Assembly (NCBI GenBank): GCA_051313645.2
Contig: JBNRSN020000010.1
Span: 1,922,001 to 1,986,000 of the forward strand
From: Centroscyllium fabricii
Lineage: Eukaryota
Reading direction: 5' to 3'
DNA: 64,000 bases
Numbering within the stretch: the first letter of the stretch is position 1; every line of letters begins with the position of its first letter. The notes beneath the pieces are model-generated. The model saw nothing but the letters and a program-made list of their open reading frames with translations. It was not told the DNA's origin and did no database searches. Below, piece after piece: positions 25,130-38,900 of this stretch. The translations under genes were made by a program, and so were the position numbers.

Positions 25130-28100
25130 CTCCCGGACTGACCACTCAACTGACCCCCCGACTGATGGACCGAGTGACCCCTGGACTGACCGACTAATCC
25201 CAGGACTGACTGACCGAGTGACTCCTGGACCGACTGACTAATCTCAGGCTGACCGGCCGACCGAACCTCGGACTGACTGACCGTCGCACCGACTGACCGA
25301 CCGATCCCCGGACTGACCGACCCCCAAACTGACCGACCGAGCGACCCTTCGACTGACTGACCGACCCCCGGAGTGACCAACAAAGTGACCCCTGGAATGA
25401 CTGACCGACCACTGGACTGACTGACCGACACCCGGACTGACCGACTGACCCCCGGACTGACCGACCGACCCCTGGTCCGACCGATCGAACCCCGGACTGA
25501 CCGCCTGACCCACCAACTGACCGACCGGCGCCCGGACTGACCAGCCGACCCCAGGACTGACGGACCCCCGTACTGACCAATCAACCGACACTCTGACTGA
25601 CCGACCGCAGACTGACCGACCGACACCAGATTGACCGACTGACACCTGGTCTGACCGAATGCCAGACTGACCGACCGACCCCCGGACAGACTGACTGACC
25701 CCCTGGACTGACCGACCGACCGGCCCCCGGACTGACTGACAGACCACGGACCGACTGTCCCCCAGACTGACCGACCGACCCCTGGACTGACCGACCCCCA
25801 GACTGACCAACCGTCCGCGGACTGACCCACCCCCAGATTGACCGCTCAACTGACCCCCCGACTGATGGACCGAGTGACCCTTGGACTGACTGACTGATCC
25901 CCGGTCTGACTGACCGAGTGACTCCTGGACTGACTGACTAATCCCAGGACTGACCGGCCGACTGACCCACGGACTGACTGACCGACGCACCGACTGACCG
26001 ACCGATCCCCGAACTGACCGACCCCCGAACTGAATGAGCGAGCGACCCCTGGACTGACCGACCGACCCCCGGAGTGACCAACAAAGTGACCCCTGGAATG
26101 ACTGACCGACCCCTGGACTGACTGACCGACCGACACCCGGACTGACCGACTAACCCCCGGACTGACCGACCGACTGACCTCCGAACTGACCGACTGATCC
26201 CTGGACTGACCGAATGACCCACGGAGTGACTGACCGACACACGGACTGATTGACCTCCCAACATACGGACTGACCGACTGACCCCCGTACTGACCAACAG
26301 ACCCCTGGTCTGACCGATCGAACGCCAGACTGACCGACTGACCCACCGACTGACCGACCGGCGCCCGGACTGAACGACCGACCCCAGGACTGACCGAACC
26401 CCGGACTGACCAATCAACCGACCCCCTGACTGACCGACCGAAGACTGACCGACCGACCCCAGATTGACCGACTGACACCGGGTCTGACCGAATGCCAGAC
26501 TGACCGACCGACCCCCGGACAGACTGACTGACCCCCTGGATTGACCGAATGACCCCTGGACTGACCGACCGACCGGCCCCTGGACTGACTGACAGACCAT
26601 GGACTGACTGTCCCCCAGACTGACCGACCGACCCCTGGACTGACCGACCGACCCCCAGACTGACCAACTAACCGCGGACTGACCGACCCCCAGACTGACC
26701 GCTCACCGACCCCCGACTGATGGACCGAGTGACCCCTGGACTGACTGACTGATCCCCTGTCTGACTGACCAAGTGACTCCTGGACTGACCGACTAATCCC
26801 AGGACTGACCGACTGACCGACCCCCGGACTGACTGACCGACGTACCAACTGACCGACCGATCCCCGGACTGACCGACCCCCGAACTGACCGACCGTGTGA
26901 CCCCTGGACTGACCGACCGACCTCCGTAGTGACCAACAAAGTGACCCCTGGAATGACTGACCGACCCCTGGACTGACTGACCGACCGACACCCGGACTGA
27001 CCGACTGACCTCCGGACTGACCAACCGACTGACCTCCGAACTGACCGACTGATCCCTGGACTGACCGAATGAACGACGGAGTGACTAACTGACCCCCGTA
27101 CTGACCGACCGATCCCTGGACTGACCAACCGACCACTGGACCGACCGATTGAACCCCGGACTGACCGCCCGACCCACCGACTCACCGACCGACCCCCAGA
27201 CTGATCAACCGACCGCGGACTGACCGACTCCTGGACTGACCACTCAACTGACCCCCGACTGATGGACCGAGTGACCCCTGGACTGACTGACTGATCCCCG
27301 GTCTGACTGACCGAGTGACTCCTGGACTGACCGACTAATCCCAGGACTGACCGGCCGACCGACCCCCGGACTGACTGACCGACGCACCGACTGACCGACC
27401 GATCCCCGGACTGACCGACCCCCGAACTGACCGACCGAGCGACCCCTGGACTGACCGACCGATCCCCGGAGTGACTGACCAACCGAAACCCGGACTAACC
27501 GACTTACCCCCCGGAATGACCGACCGACCCCTGGACTGACCGGCCAAACCTCAGACTGACCAACTGACCCCCGGACTGACCGACCAACCCGCGGACTGAC
27601 CGAACGAACCCCGGACTTACCGACCGACCGACCACCGGACTGCCCAATCGACCGACACCCAGACGGACGGACCGACCCCTGGACTGACCGACCGAACCCC
27701 AGATTGACCGACTGACCGAATGACCGACTCCCGGACTGACGGACTCCGGGACATAAGGACTAAATGACCCCTGGACTGACTGACCAAATGACCCCTGGAC
27801 TGACCACCGACCCCTGGACTGTCCGACTGACCCCCGGACTGACCGACCGACCCCCAGACTGACCGACCGACCGCCATATTGACCGATCGAACCACGGACT
27901 GAACGAACGACCCCCGGAATGACCGATCAACCCCCGGACTGACCGACCAACCCACGGACTTACCGACCGACCCTCGGACTGAACTACCGACCCCCGGACT
28001 GACCGACCAACTGACCCCCAGACTGACCAATCGATTGACCCCCAGATTGACCGACCGACCACTGGCCTGACCGACCGACCCCCGGACTGACTGACGGACC

Positions 28101-31060
28101 CCACAGACTGACTGACTGACTGACTAACGGACTGACCGACACCCGGATGTAACGACCCAATGACCCCTGGACCGACTGACCAAAACGACCGCCGGACTGC
28201 ACGACCGACCCCCGGGCTGACCAACCGATCCCCGGACTGACCGACCGACACCCGTACTGACCGACCGACACCCAGACTGACCGACCGAACCCAGGACTGA
28301 CCCACTGACCCCCGGAGTGACCGACCGACCCATAGATTGACGGACAATTGTCCCCCGACTGACTGACTGACCCCCGAAATGACCGACTGACTGACCCCGG
28401 ACTGACCAATCGACCGACCCCCAGATTGACTGGCTGACCACTGGACTGACCGTACGACCCCCGGACTGACCTACCGACCCCTGAACTGACCAACTGACCG
28501 ACTCCTGGACTGACCGACTTCCGGACATAACGACCAAATGACCCCTCGACCGACCGAACCCCGGATTGATCGACTGCCCCCTAGACTGGCAGAACAACCT
28601 CCAGACTGACCCCCAGACTGACCGACCCTGAGAATGACCGACCGACCCCCGGAATGACCGACCGAACCCCGGATCGACGAAGCGTCTTCCGGACTGACCG
28701 ACCGACCACTGGACTGTCTGACCCTCATATTGACTGACCGACACCGGCACTGACCGACTGACCCCCGGACTGACCAACCGAACCCCTCACCGAACTACCA
28801 ACACCCGCAATGAGCGACCAACCCCCGGACTGACCTACCGAACCCTGGACTGACCGAATGAACACTGGACTGACTCTCCGACCCCCGGACTGATCGATCA
28901 CCGTAATGGCAGACCGACCCCCGGTCAGACCGACCGACCCCCGTGGCTGACCCACTGACCCCTCAACTGACCGATCCCTGGACTAACTCTCTGACCCCCA
29001 GACTGACCGACCACCGTACTGACCAACCCACAGACTGTCCGTCGGAACAACCCCCGGATTGACAGACTTTCCGACCCACAGACTGACTGACCGACTCCCG
29101 GACTGACCGACCGACCCACAGACTGACGGACAAAACGAACTCCGCTCTGAAGAACTGACCAACACCCGGACTGACTAACCGGTACCCGGACAGGCCGACA
29201 CCCGGACTGACCAAATGACCCCCGGACTGACCGACCGATCCCTGGACTGACCGAATGACCATGGAGTGACTTACCAACACCCGGACTGACTAACCGGTAC
29301 CCGGTCAGACCGACACCCGGACTGAACAAATGACCCCCGGACTGACCGACTGACCCCCGGACTGACCGATCGACTGACCCACGAACTGACCATCCGATCC
29401 CTGGACTGACCAAATGACCCATGGAGTGACTGACCGACACATGGACTGACTAACCTCCTGACCCATGGACTGACCGACTGACCCCCGTACTGACCGACTG
29501 ACTGACCCTGAACTGACCGACCGACCCCCAGACTGACCGACTCCCGGACTGACCACTCAACTGACCCCCCTACTGATGGACCGAGTGACCCCTGGACTGA
29601 CTGACTGATCCCCGGTCTGACTGACCGAGTGACTCCTGGACCGACTGACTAATCTCAGGCTGACCGGCCGACCGAACCTCGGACTGACTGACCGTCGCAC
29701 CGACTGACCGACCGATCCCCGGACTGACCGACCCCCAAACTGACCGACCGAGCGACCCTTCGACTGACTGACCGACCCCCGGAGTGACCAACAAAGTGAC
29801 CCCTGGAATGACTGACCGACCACTGGACTGACTGACCGACACCCGGACTGACCGACTGACCCCCGGACTGACCGACCGACCCCTGGTCCGACTGATCGAA
29901 CCCCGGACTGACCGCCTGACCCACCAACTGACCGACCGGCGCCCGGACTGACCAACCGACCCCAGGACTGACGGACCCCCGTACTGACCAATCAACCGAC
30001 ACTCTGACTGACCGACCGCAGACTGACCGACCGACACCAGATTGACCGACTGACACCTGGTCTGACCGAATGCCAGACTGACCGACCGACCCCCGGACAG
30101 ACTGACTGAACCCCTGGACTGACCGACCGACCGGCCCCCGGACTGACTGACAGACCACGGACCGACTGTCCCCCAGACTGACCGACCGACCCCTGGACTG
30201 ACCGACCCCCAGACTGACCAACCGTCCGCGGACTGACCCACCCCCAGATTGACCGCTCAACTGACCCCCCGACTGATGGACCGAGTGACCCTTGGACTGA
30301 CTGACTGATCCCCGGTCTGACTGACTGAGTGACTCCTGGACTGACTGACTAATCCCAGGACTGACCGGCCGACTGACCCACGGACTGACTGACCGACGCA
30401 CCGACTGACCGACCGATCCCCGGACTGACCGACCCCCGAACTGAATGAGCGAGCGACCCCTGGACTGACCGACCGACCCCCGGAGTGACCAACAAAGTGA
30501 CCCCTGGAATGACTGACCGACCCCTGGACTGACTGACCGACCGACACCCGGACTGACCGACTAACCCCCGGACTGACCGACCGACTGACCTCCGAACTGA
30601 CCGACTGATCCCTGGACTGACCGAATGACCCACGGAGTGACTGACCGACACACGGACTGACTGACCTCCCAACATACGGACTGACCGACTGACCCCCGTA
30701 CTGACCAACAGACCCCTGGTCTGACCGATCGAACGCCAGACTGACCGACTGACCCACCGACTGACCGACCGGCGCCCGGACTGAACGACCGACCCCAGGA
30801 CTGACCGAACCCCGGACTGACCAATCAACCGACCCCCTGACTGACCGACCGAAGACTGACTGACCGACCCCAGATTGACCGACTGACACCGGGTCTGACC
30901 GAATGCCAGACTGACCGACCGACCCCCGGACAGACTGACTGACCCCCTGGATTGACCGAATGACCCCTGGACTGACCGACCGACCGGCCCCTGGACTGAC
31001 TGACAGACCATGGACTGACTGTCCCCCAGACTGACCGACCGACCCCTGGACTGACCGACC
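25130..31060. repeat. Near-identical ~1.5-kb dispersed duplication (25130-26650 and 29541-31060, offset 4411)
   Basis: ORF pairs 25244..25990 / 29655..30401 and 26150..26413 / 30561..30824 are offset by exactly 4411 and have almost identical translations. Confidence 0.85.
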
Positions 31061-32999
31061 CACAGACTGACCAACCGTCCGCGGACTGACCCACCCCCAG
31101 ATTGACCGCTCAACCGACCCCCCGACTGATAGACCGAGTGACCCCTGGACTGACTGACTTATCCCCGGTCTGACTGACTGAGTGACTCCTGGACTGACTG
31201 ACTAATCCCAGGACTGACCGACCGACCCCCGGACTGACTGACCGATGCACCGACTGACCGACCGATCTCCGGACTGACCGACCCCCGAACTGACAGACCG
31301 ACACCCAGACCCATGGACTGACCGACTGACCCCCCGGACTGACTGACCGACCCCTGGACTGACCGACCGACCCCCGGAATGACCGACCGACTGACCTCCG
31401 AACTGGCCGACTGATCCCTGGACTGACCGAATGACCCACGGAGTGACTGACCGACACACGGACTGACTGACCTCCCGACCCAAGGACTGACTGACTGACC
31501 CCGTGGCTTGACCGCATGACCCCCTGGCTGACCGACCGACCCCTGGACTGACCGACTGACCCCCAGAATAACCAACCAACCATGGACTGACCGACCCCCA
31601 GACCGACCGCTCAACCGACACCCCGACTGATGGACCCCCGGACTGACCGATGCACATCGGGACTGACTGACCGAGTGACCCCCAGACTGACTGACTGACC
31701 CCCAGACTGACCAACAAAGTGACCCCTGGAATGACAGACCAAAACCGGGACTGACCGGCCGACCGGCCGACCGACCCCTGGACTGACCGAATGACCCACG
31801 GAGCGACTGACTGGCAGCCGGACTGACTGACCTCCTGACCCACGGGCTGACCGACCGACCCCCGGACTGACCGACAAATCCCTGGACTGACCGACCAACC
31901 CCTGGACCGACCAACCGAACCCTGGACTGACCCACCGACCCCCCGACTGACCGACCGATGCCTGGACTGACCGACCGCCCCCCGGACTGACCGACCCCCA
32001 GACTGACCGATCAATCAACCCCTGACTGAACGACCCCCTGATTGACCGACTGACCCCAGACTCACCGACTGACACCTTGTCTGACCGAATGCCGGACTGA
32101 CTGACCGAGTGACCCCTGGACTGACCGACCGACCCGCAGAATGACCAACAAAGTGACTCCTGGATTGACCGACTGACCCCTGGACTGACCGACCGACTGA
32201 CCCCTGGATTGACCGACTGACAGAAGCATGAACTGACCGACCGACCCCTGGACTGACCTAATGACCCACGGAGTGACTGGCCGACACCTGGATTGACTGA
32301 CCTCCCGACCCACGGACTGACCAACCGACACCGGACTGACCGACCGACCCCCGGACTGACCGACCCACCCCCGGACTGACCAACCCCCGGACTGACCGAT
32401 TAACCCTGTACTGACCGACCAACCCCCGGAATAACCGACTGAACTCCAGACTGACTGACCGACCCCCGGACTGACCGACCGACTGGCAGACTCACCGACC
32501 GACCAAACCCCGGACTGAATGACCGATCACCGACTGACCGACCGACCGACCCCCGGACTGACCGACTGACCCCGGGACTGGCCGACCGACCCCCGGACTG
32601 ACCGACCGATCTCTGGACTGTCTGACCGAACACCGAACTGACTGACCGACCCCCGGACTGATCGATCGACCCCCGGACTGACCGACTGACCCCCGGACTG
32701 ACCGACCGACTGACCCCGGAACTGCCCGACCGATCCCTGGACTGACCGAATGACCCACGGAGTGACAGACCGACACACGGACTGACTAACCTCCCGACCC
32801 ACGGACTGACCGACTGACCCCCGTACTGACCGACCGATCCCTGGACTGACCAACCGACCCCTGAATCGACCGACCGAACCACAGGCTGACCGCCCGACCC
32901 GCCGACTGACCGACCGGTGCCCGGACTGACCGACCGCCCTCCTGACTGACCTACCCCAGACTGACCGACCGACCCCAGATTGACCGACTGACACCTGGT

Positions 33000-35900
33000 C
33001 TGACCGAATACCGGACTGACCGACCGACCCCCGGACTGACAGACTCACCCCTAGACAGGCAGACCGATCCCCAGACAGACCGACCGAGTGACCCCTGGAC
33101 TGACCGACCGACCCCCAGACTGACCAACAAAGTGAGCCCTGGAATGACCGGCCGAACCCTGGACTGACCGACCAACCGACCCCCGGACTGACCGACTGAC
33201 CCCCAGAATGACCGACTGACAGAACCCCGAACAGACCGACCGACCCCTGGACTGACCGAATGACCCACGGAGTGACTGACCGACACCCGGATTGACTGAT
33301 CTCCCAACCCACGGACTGACCGACCGAACCCCGGAATGACCGACCGAACCCCGGACTGACCGACTGACCCCCGTGGCTGACCCACTGACCCCTGAACTGA
33401 CCGATCCCTGGACTAACTGACTGACACACGGACTGACCGACCACCGTACTGACCGACCCACAGACTGTCCGACAGAACAACCCCCGGATTGACAGACTGT
33501 CCAACCCACAGACGGACCGAACGACTCCCGGACTGACCGACCGACCCACAGTGACCGACAAATCGAACTCCGCTCTGAAGAACTGACCAACACCCAGACT
33601 GACTAACCGGTACCCGGTCAGACCGACACCCGGAGAGACCAAATGACCCCCGGACTGACCGACTGACCCCCGGACTGACCGACCTACCATCGGACTGACT
33701 GACCGATCCCTGGACTGACCGACTGACACCAGGACAGACTGACTGACCCCCTGGATTGACCGAATGACCCCCAGACTGACCGACCGACCGGCCCCCGGAC
33801 TGACTGACCGACCCCATACCGACTGTCCCCCAAACTGATCGACCGACCCCTGGACTGACCGATCGACCCCCAGACTGACTAACCGACCGCGGACTGACCG
33901 AACCCCAGACTGACCGCACAACCGACCCCCCGACTGATGGACAGAGTGACCCCTGGACTGACTGACTGATCCCCTGTCTGACTGACCAAGTGACTCCTGG
34001 ACTGACCGACTAATCCCAGGACTGACCAACCGACCGACCCCCGAACTGACTGATCGACGCACCGACTGACCGACCGATCCCCGGACTGACCGACCCCCGA
34101 ACTGACCGACTGAGTGACCCCTGGACTGACCGACTGACCTCCGGAGTGACCAACAAAGTGACCCCTGGAATGACAGACCGACCCCTGGACTGACTGACCG
34201 ACCGACACCCGGACTGACCAACTGACCCCCGGACTGACCAACTGACTGACATCCGAACTGACCGACTGATCCCAGGACTGACCGAATGACCCACGGAGTG
34301 ACTGACCGACACACAGACTGACTGACCTCCCGACCCACGGACTGACCGACTGACCCCCGTACTGACCGACCGATCCCTGGACTGACCAACCGACCACTGG
34401 ACCGACCGATTGAACCCCGGACTGACCGCACGACCCACCGACTGACCGACCGACCCCCAGACTGACCAACCGACTGCGGACTGACCGACTCCCGGACTGA
34501 CCACTCAACTGAACCCCCGACTGATGGACCGAGTGACACCTGGACTGACTGACTGACCGAGTGACTCCTAGACTGACCGACTAATCCCAGGACTGACCGG
34601 CCGACCGACCCCCGGACTGACTGACGCACCGACTGACGGACCGATACCCGGACTGACAGACCCCCGAACTGACCGACAGAGCGACCCCTGGACTGACCGA
34701 CCGACCCCCGGAGTGACCAACAAAGTGACCCCTGGAATGATTGAACGATCCCTGGACTGACTGACCGACCGACACCCAGCCTGAACGACTGACCCCCGGA
34801 CTGACCGACTGCCCCCCGGACTGACCGACCGACTGAACTCCAAACTGACCGACTGATCCCTGGACTGACAGATCAATCGACCCCCTGACTGACCGACCCC
34901 TGGAGTGACTGACCGACTCCCAGACTAACCGAATGACACCTGATCTGACTGAATGCCGGACTGACCGATTGACACCCGGACTGACCGACTGACCTCTAGA
35001 CTGGCAGACCGACCCCAGACTGACCGAATGACCGCCGGACAGACCGACTCTGAGAATGACCGACCGACCCCCGGAATGACTGCCCGACTGACCTCCAAAC
35101 TGGCCGACTGATCCCTGGACTGACCGAATGACCCACGGAGTGACTGACCGACACACGGACTGACTGACCACCCGACCCAAGGACTGACCGACTGACCCCC
35201 GTACTGACCGACTGATCCCTGGACTAACCAACCGACCCCTGGACTGACCGACCCCCAGACTGACCGATCAATCAACCCCCTGACTGTATGAACCCCGGAC
35301 TGACCGACTGACCCCAGACTGACCGACCGGCGCCCGGACTGACCGACCGACCCCCGGACTGACCGACCGACCCCCGGACTGACCGACCCCCGGACTGACC
35401 AATCAACCGACCCCCTGACTGACCGACCGCAGACTGACCGACCGACCCCAGATTGACCGACTGACACCTGGTCTGACCGAATGCCAGACTGACCGACCGA
35501 CCCTCGGACAGACTGACTGACCCCCTGGATTGACCAAATGACCCCCGGACTGACCGATCGACCGGCCCCCGGACTGACTGACCGACCCCGGAGCGACTGT
35601 CCCCCAGACTGACCGACCGACCCCTGGACTGACTGACCGACCCCCAGAATGACCAACCGTCCACGGACTGACCCAACCCCAGACTGACCGCTCAACCGAC
35701 CCCCCGACTGATGGACCGAGTGACCCCTGGACTGAGTGACTGATCGCCGGTCTGACTGACTGAGTGACTCCTGGACTGACCGACTAATCCCAGGACTGAC
35801 CGACCGACCCCCTGATTGACTGAACGACGCACCGAACTGACAGACCGACACCCAGACCCATGGACTGACCGACTGACCCCCGGACTGACTGACCGACCAC

Positions 35901-38900
35901 TGGACTGACTGACCGACCCCTGGAACGACCAACCGAACCCCGGACTGACCGACTGACCCTCCGACTGACCGACCGAACCACGGACTGACCGAACGACCCC
36001 AAGAATGACCGATCCCCGGACTGACCGATCAATCGAACCCCTGACTGACCGATCCCTGGAGTGACCGACCGACTCCCAGATTGACCATCTGACACCTGGT
36101 CTGACCGAATGCCGGACTGACCGATTGACCCCCAGACTGACCGACTGACCTCTAGACTGGCAGACCAACCCCAGACTGACCGAATGACCGCCGGACTGAC
36201 CGACCCCGAGAATGACCGACCGATCCACGGAATGACCGACCGAACCCCGGAGCGACCAAGCATCCCCGGGACTGACTGTCGGACGGACTGACCGACAACC
36301 GGACTCACCGACTAACCCCCGCAATGTGCAACCAGCCCCCGGACTGACCGACCGAACCACGGAATGACCGACCGACCCCCGGACTGACAGACTGACCCCC
36401 GTGGCTGACACACTGACCCCTGAACTGACCAATCCCTGGACTAACTGACTGACACCCGGACTGACCGACCACCGTACTGACCGACCCACAGACTGTCCGA
36501 CAGAACAACCCCCGGATTGACAGACTGTCCGACCCACAGATGGACCAAACGACTCCCGGACTGACTGACCGACCCACAGTGACCGACAAACCGAACTCCG
36601 CTCTGAAGAACTGACCAACACCCGGAATGACTAACCGGTACCCGGTCAGAACGACACCCGGACTGACCAAATGACCCTCGGACTGACCGACTGACCCCCG
36701 GACTGACCGACCTACCATCGGACTGACTGACCGATCCCTGGACTGACCGACTGACACCAGGACAGACTGACAGACCCCCTGGATTGAGCAAATGACCCCC
36801 AGACTGACCGAACGACCGGCCCCCGGACTGACTGACCGACTCCGTACCGACTGTCCCCCAGACTGATCGTCCGATCCCTGGACTGACCGACCGACCCCCA
36901 GACTGACCAACCGACCGCGGACTGACCGACCCCCAGACTGACCGCTCAACCGACCCGCCGACTGTTGGACCGAGTGACCCCTGGACTGACTGACTGATCC
37001 CCTGTCTGACTGACCAAGTGACTCCTGGACTGACCGACTAATCCCAGGACTGACCGACCGACCGACCCCTGGACTGACTGATCGACGCACCGACTGACCG
37101 ACCGATCCCTGGACTGACCGACCCCCGAACTGACCGACCAAGTGACCCCTGGACTGACCGACCGAACTCCGGAGTGACCAACAAAGTGACCCCTGGAATG
37201 ACAGACCGACCCCTGGACTGGCTGACCGACCGACACCCGGACTGACCGACTGACCCCCGGACTGACTAACCGACTGACCTCCAAACTGACCGAATGACCC
37301 ACGGAGTGACTGACCGACACACGGACTGACTGACCTCCCGACCCACGGACTGACCGACTGACCCCCGTAATGACCGACCGATCCCTGGACTGACCAACCG
37401 ACCACTGGACCAACCGATTGAACCCCGGACTGACCGCCTGACCCACCGACTGAACGACCGACCCCCAGACTGACCAACCGACCGCGGACTGACCGACTCC
37501 CGGACTGACCACTCAACTGACCCCCCGACTGATGGACCGAGTGACCCCTGGACTGACTGACTGATCCCCGGTCTGACTGACCGAGTGACTCCTGGACTGA
37601 CCAACTAATCCCAGGACTGACCGGCCGACCGACACCCGGACTGACTGACCGACCGATCCCCGGACTGACCGACCCCCGAACTGACCGACCGAGCGACCCC
37701 TGGACTGACCGACCGACCCCCGGAGTGACCAACAAAGTGAACCCTGGAATGACTGAACGATCCCTGGACTGACTGACCGAACGACACCCAGCCTGACCGA
37801 CTGACCCCCGGACTGACCGACCGACTAACCTCCGAACTGACCGACTCATCCCTGGACTGACCGAATGACCCACGGAGTGACTGACTGACACACGGACTGA
37901 CTGACCTCCCGACCCATGGACTGACCGACTGACCCCCGTACTGACCGACAGATCCCTGGACTGAACAACCGACCACTGGTCTGACCGATCGAACCCTGGA
38001 CTGACCGCCTGAACCACCGACTGACCGACCGGCGCCCGGGCTGACCGACCCCCGGACTGACGGACCCCTGGACTGACCGACCGCAGACTGACCGACCAAC
38101 CCCAGACTGACCGACTGACACCTGTTCTGACCGAATGCCAGACTGACCGACCGACCCCCGGACAGACTGACTGACCCCCTGGATTGACCGAATGACCCCC
38201 GGACTAACCGACCGACCACCCCCCGGACTGACTGACTGACCACGGACGAGTGTCCCCCAGACTGACCGACCGACCCCTGGACTGACCGACCCCCAGACTG
38301 ACCAACCGTCCGCGGACTGACCCACCCCCAGATTGACCGCTCAACCGACCCCCCGACTGATTGACCGAGTGACCCCTGGACTGACTGACTGATCCCCGGT
38401 CTGACTGACTGAGTGAGTCCTGGACTGACCGACCAATCCCAGGACTGACCGACCGACCCCCGGACTGACTGACCGACGCACCAACTGACCGACCGATCCC
38501 CGGACTGACCAACCCCCGAACTGACAGACCGACACCCAGACCCATGGACTGACCCCTCGGACAGACTGACCGACCTCTGGACTGACTGACCGACCCCTGG
38601 ACTGACCGACCGAGCCCTGGACTGACCAACTGACCCTCTGACTGACCGACCAAACCCTGGACTGACCGACCGATCCCAAGAATGACCGATCCCTGGACTG
38701 ACAGATCAATCGACCCCCTGACTGACCGACCCCTGGAGTGACTGACCGACTCCCAGACTGACCGAATGACACCTGGTCTGACCGAATGCCGGACTGACCG
38801 ATTGACCCCCGGACTGACCGACTGACCTCTAGACTGGCAGACAGACCCCAGACTGACCGAATGACCGCCGGACAGACCGACCCCGGAATGACCGCCCGAC

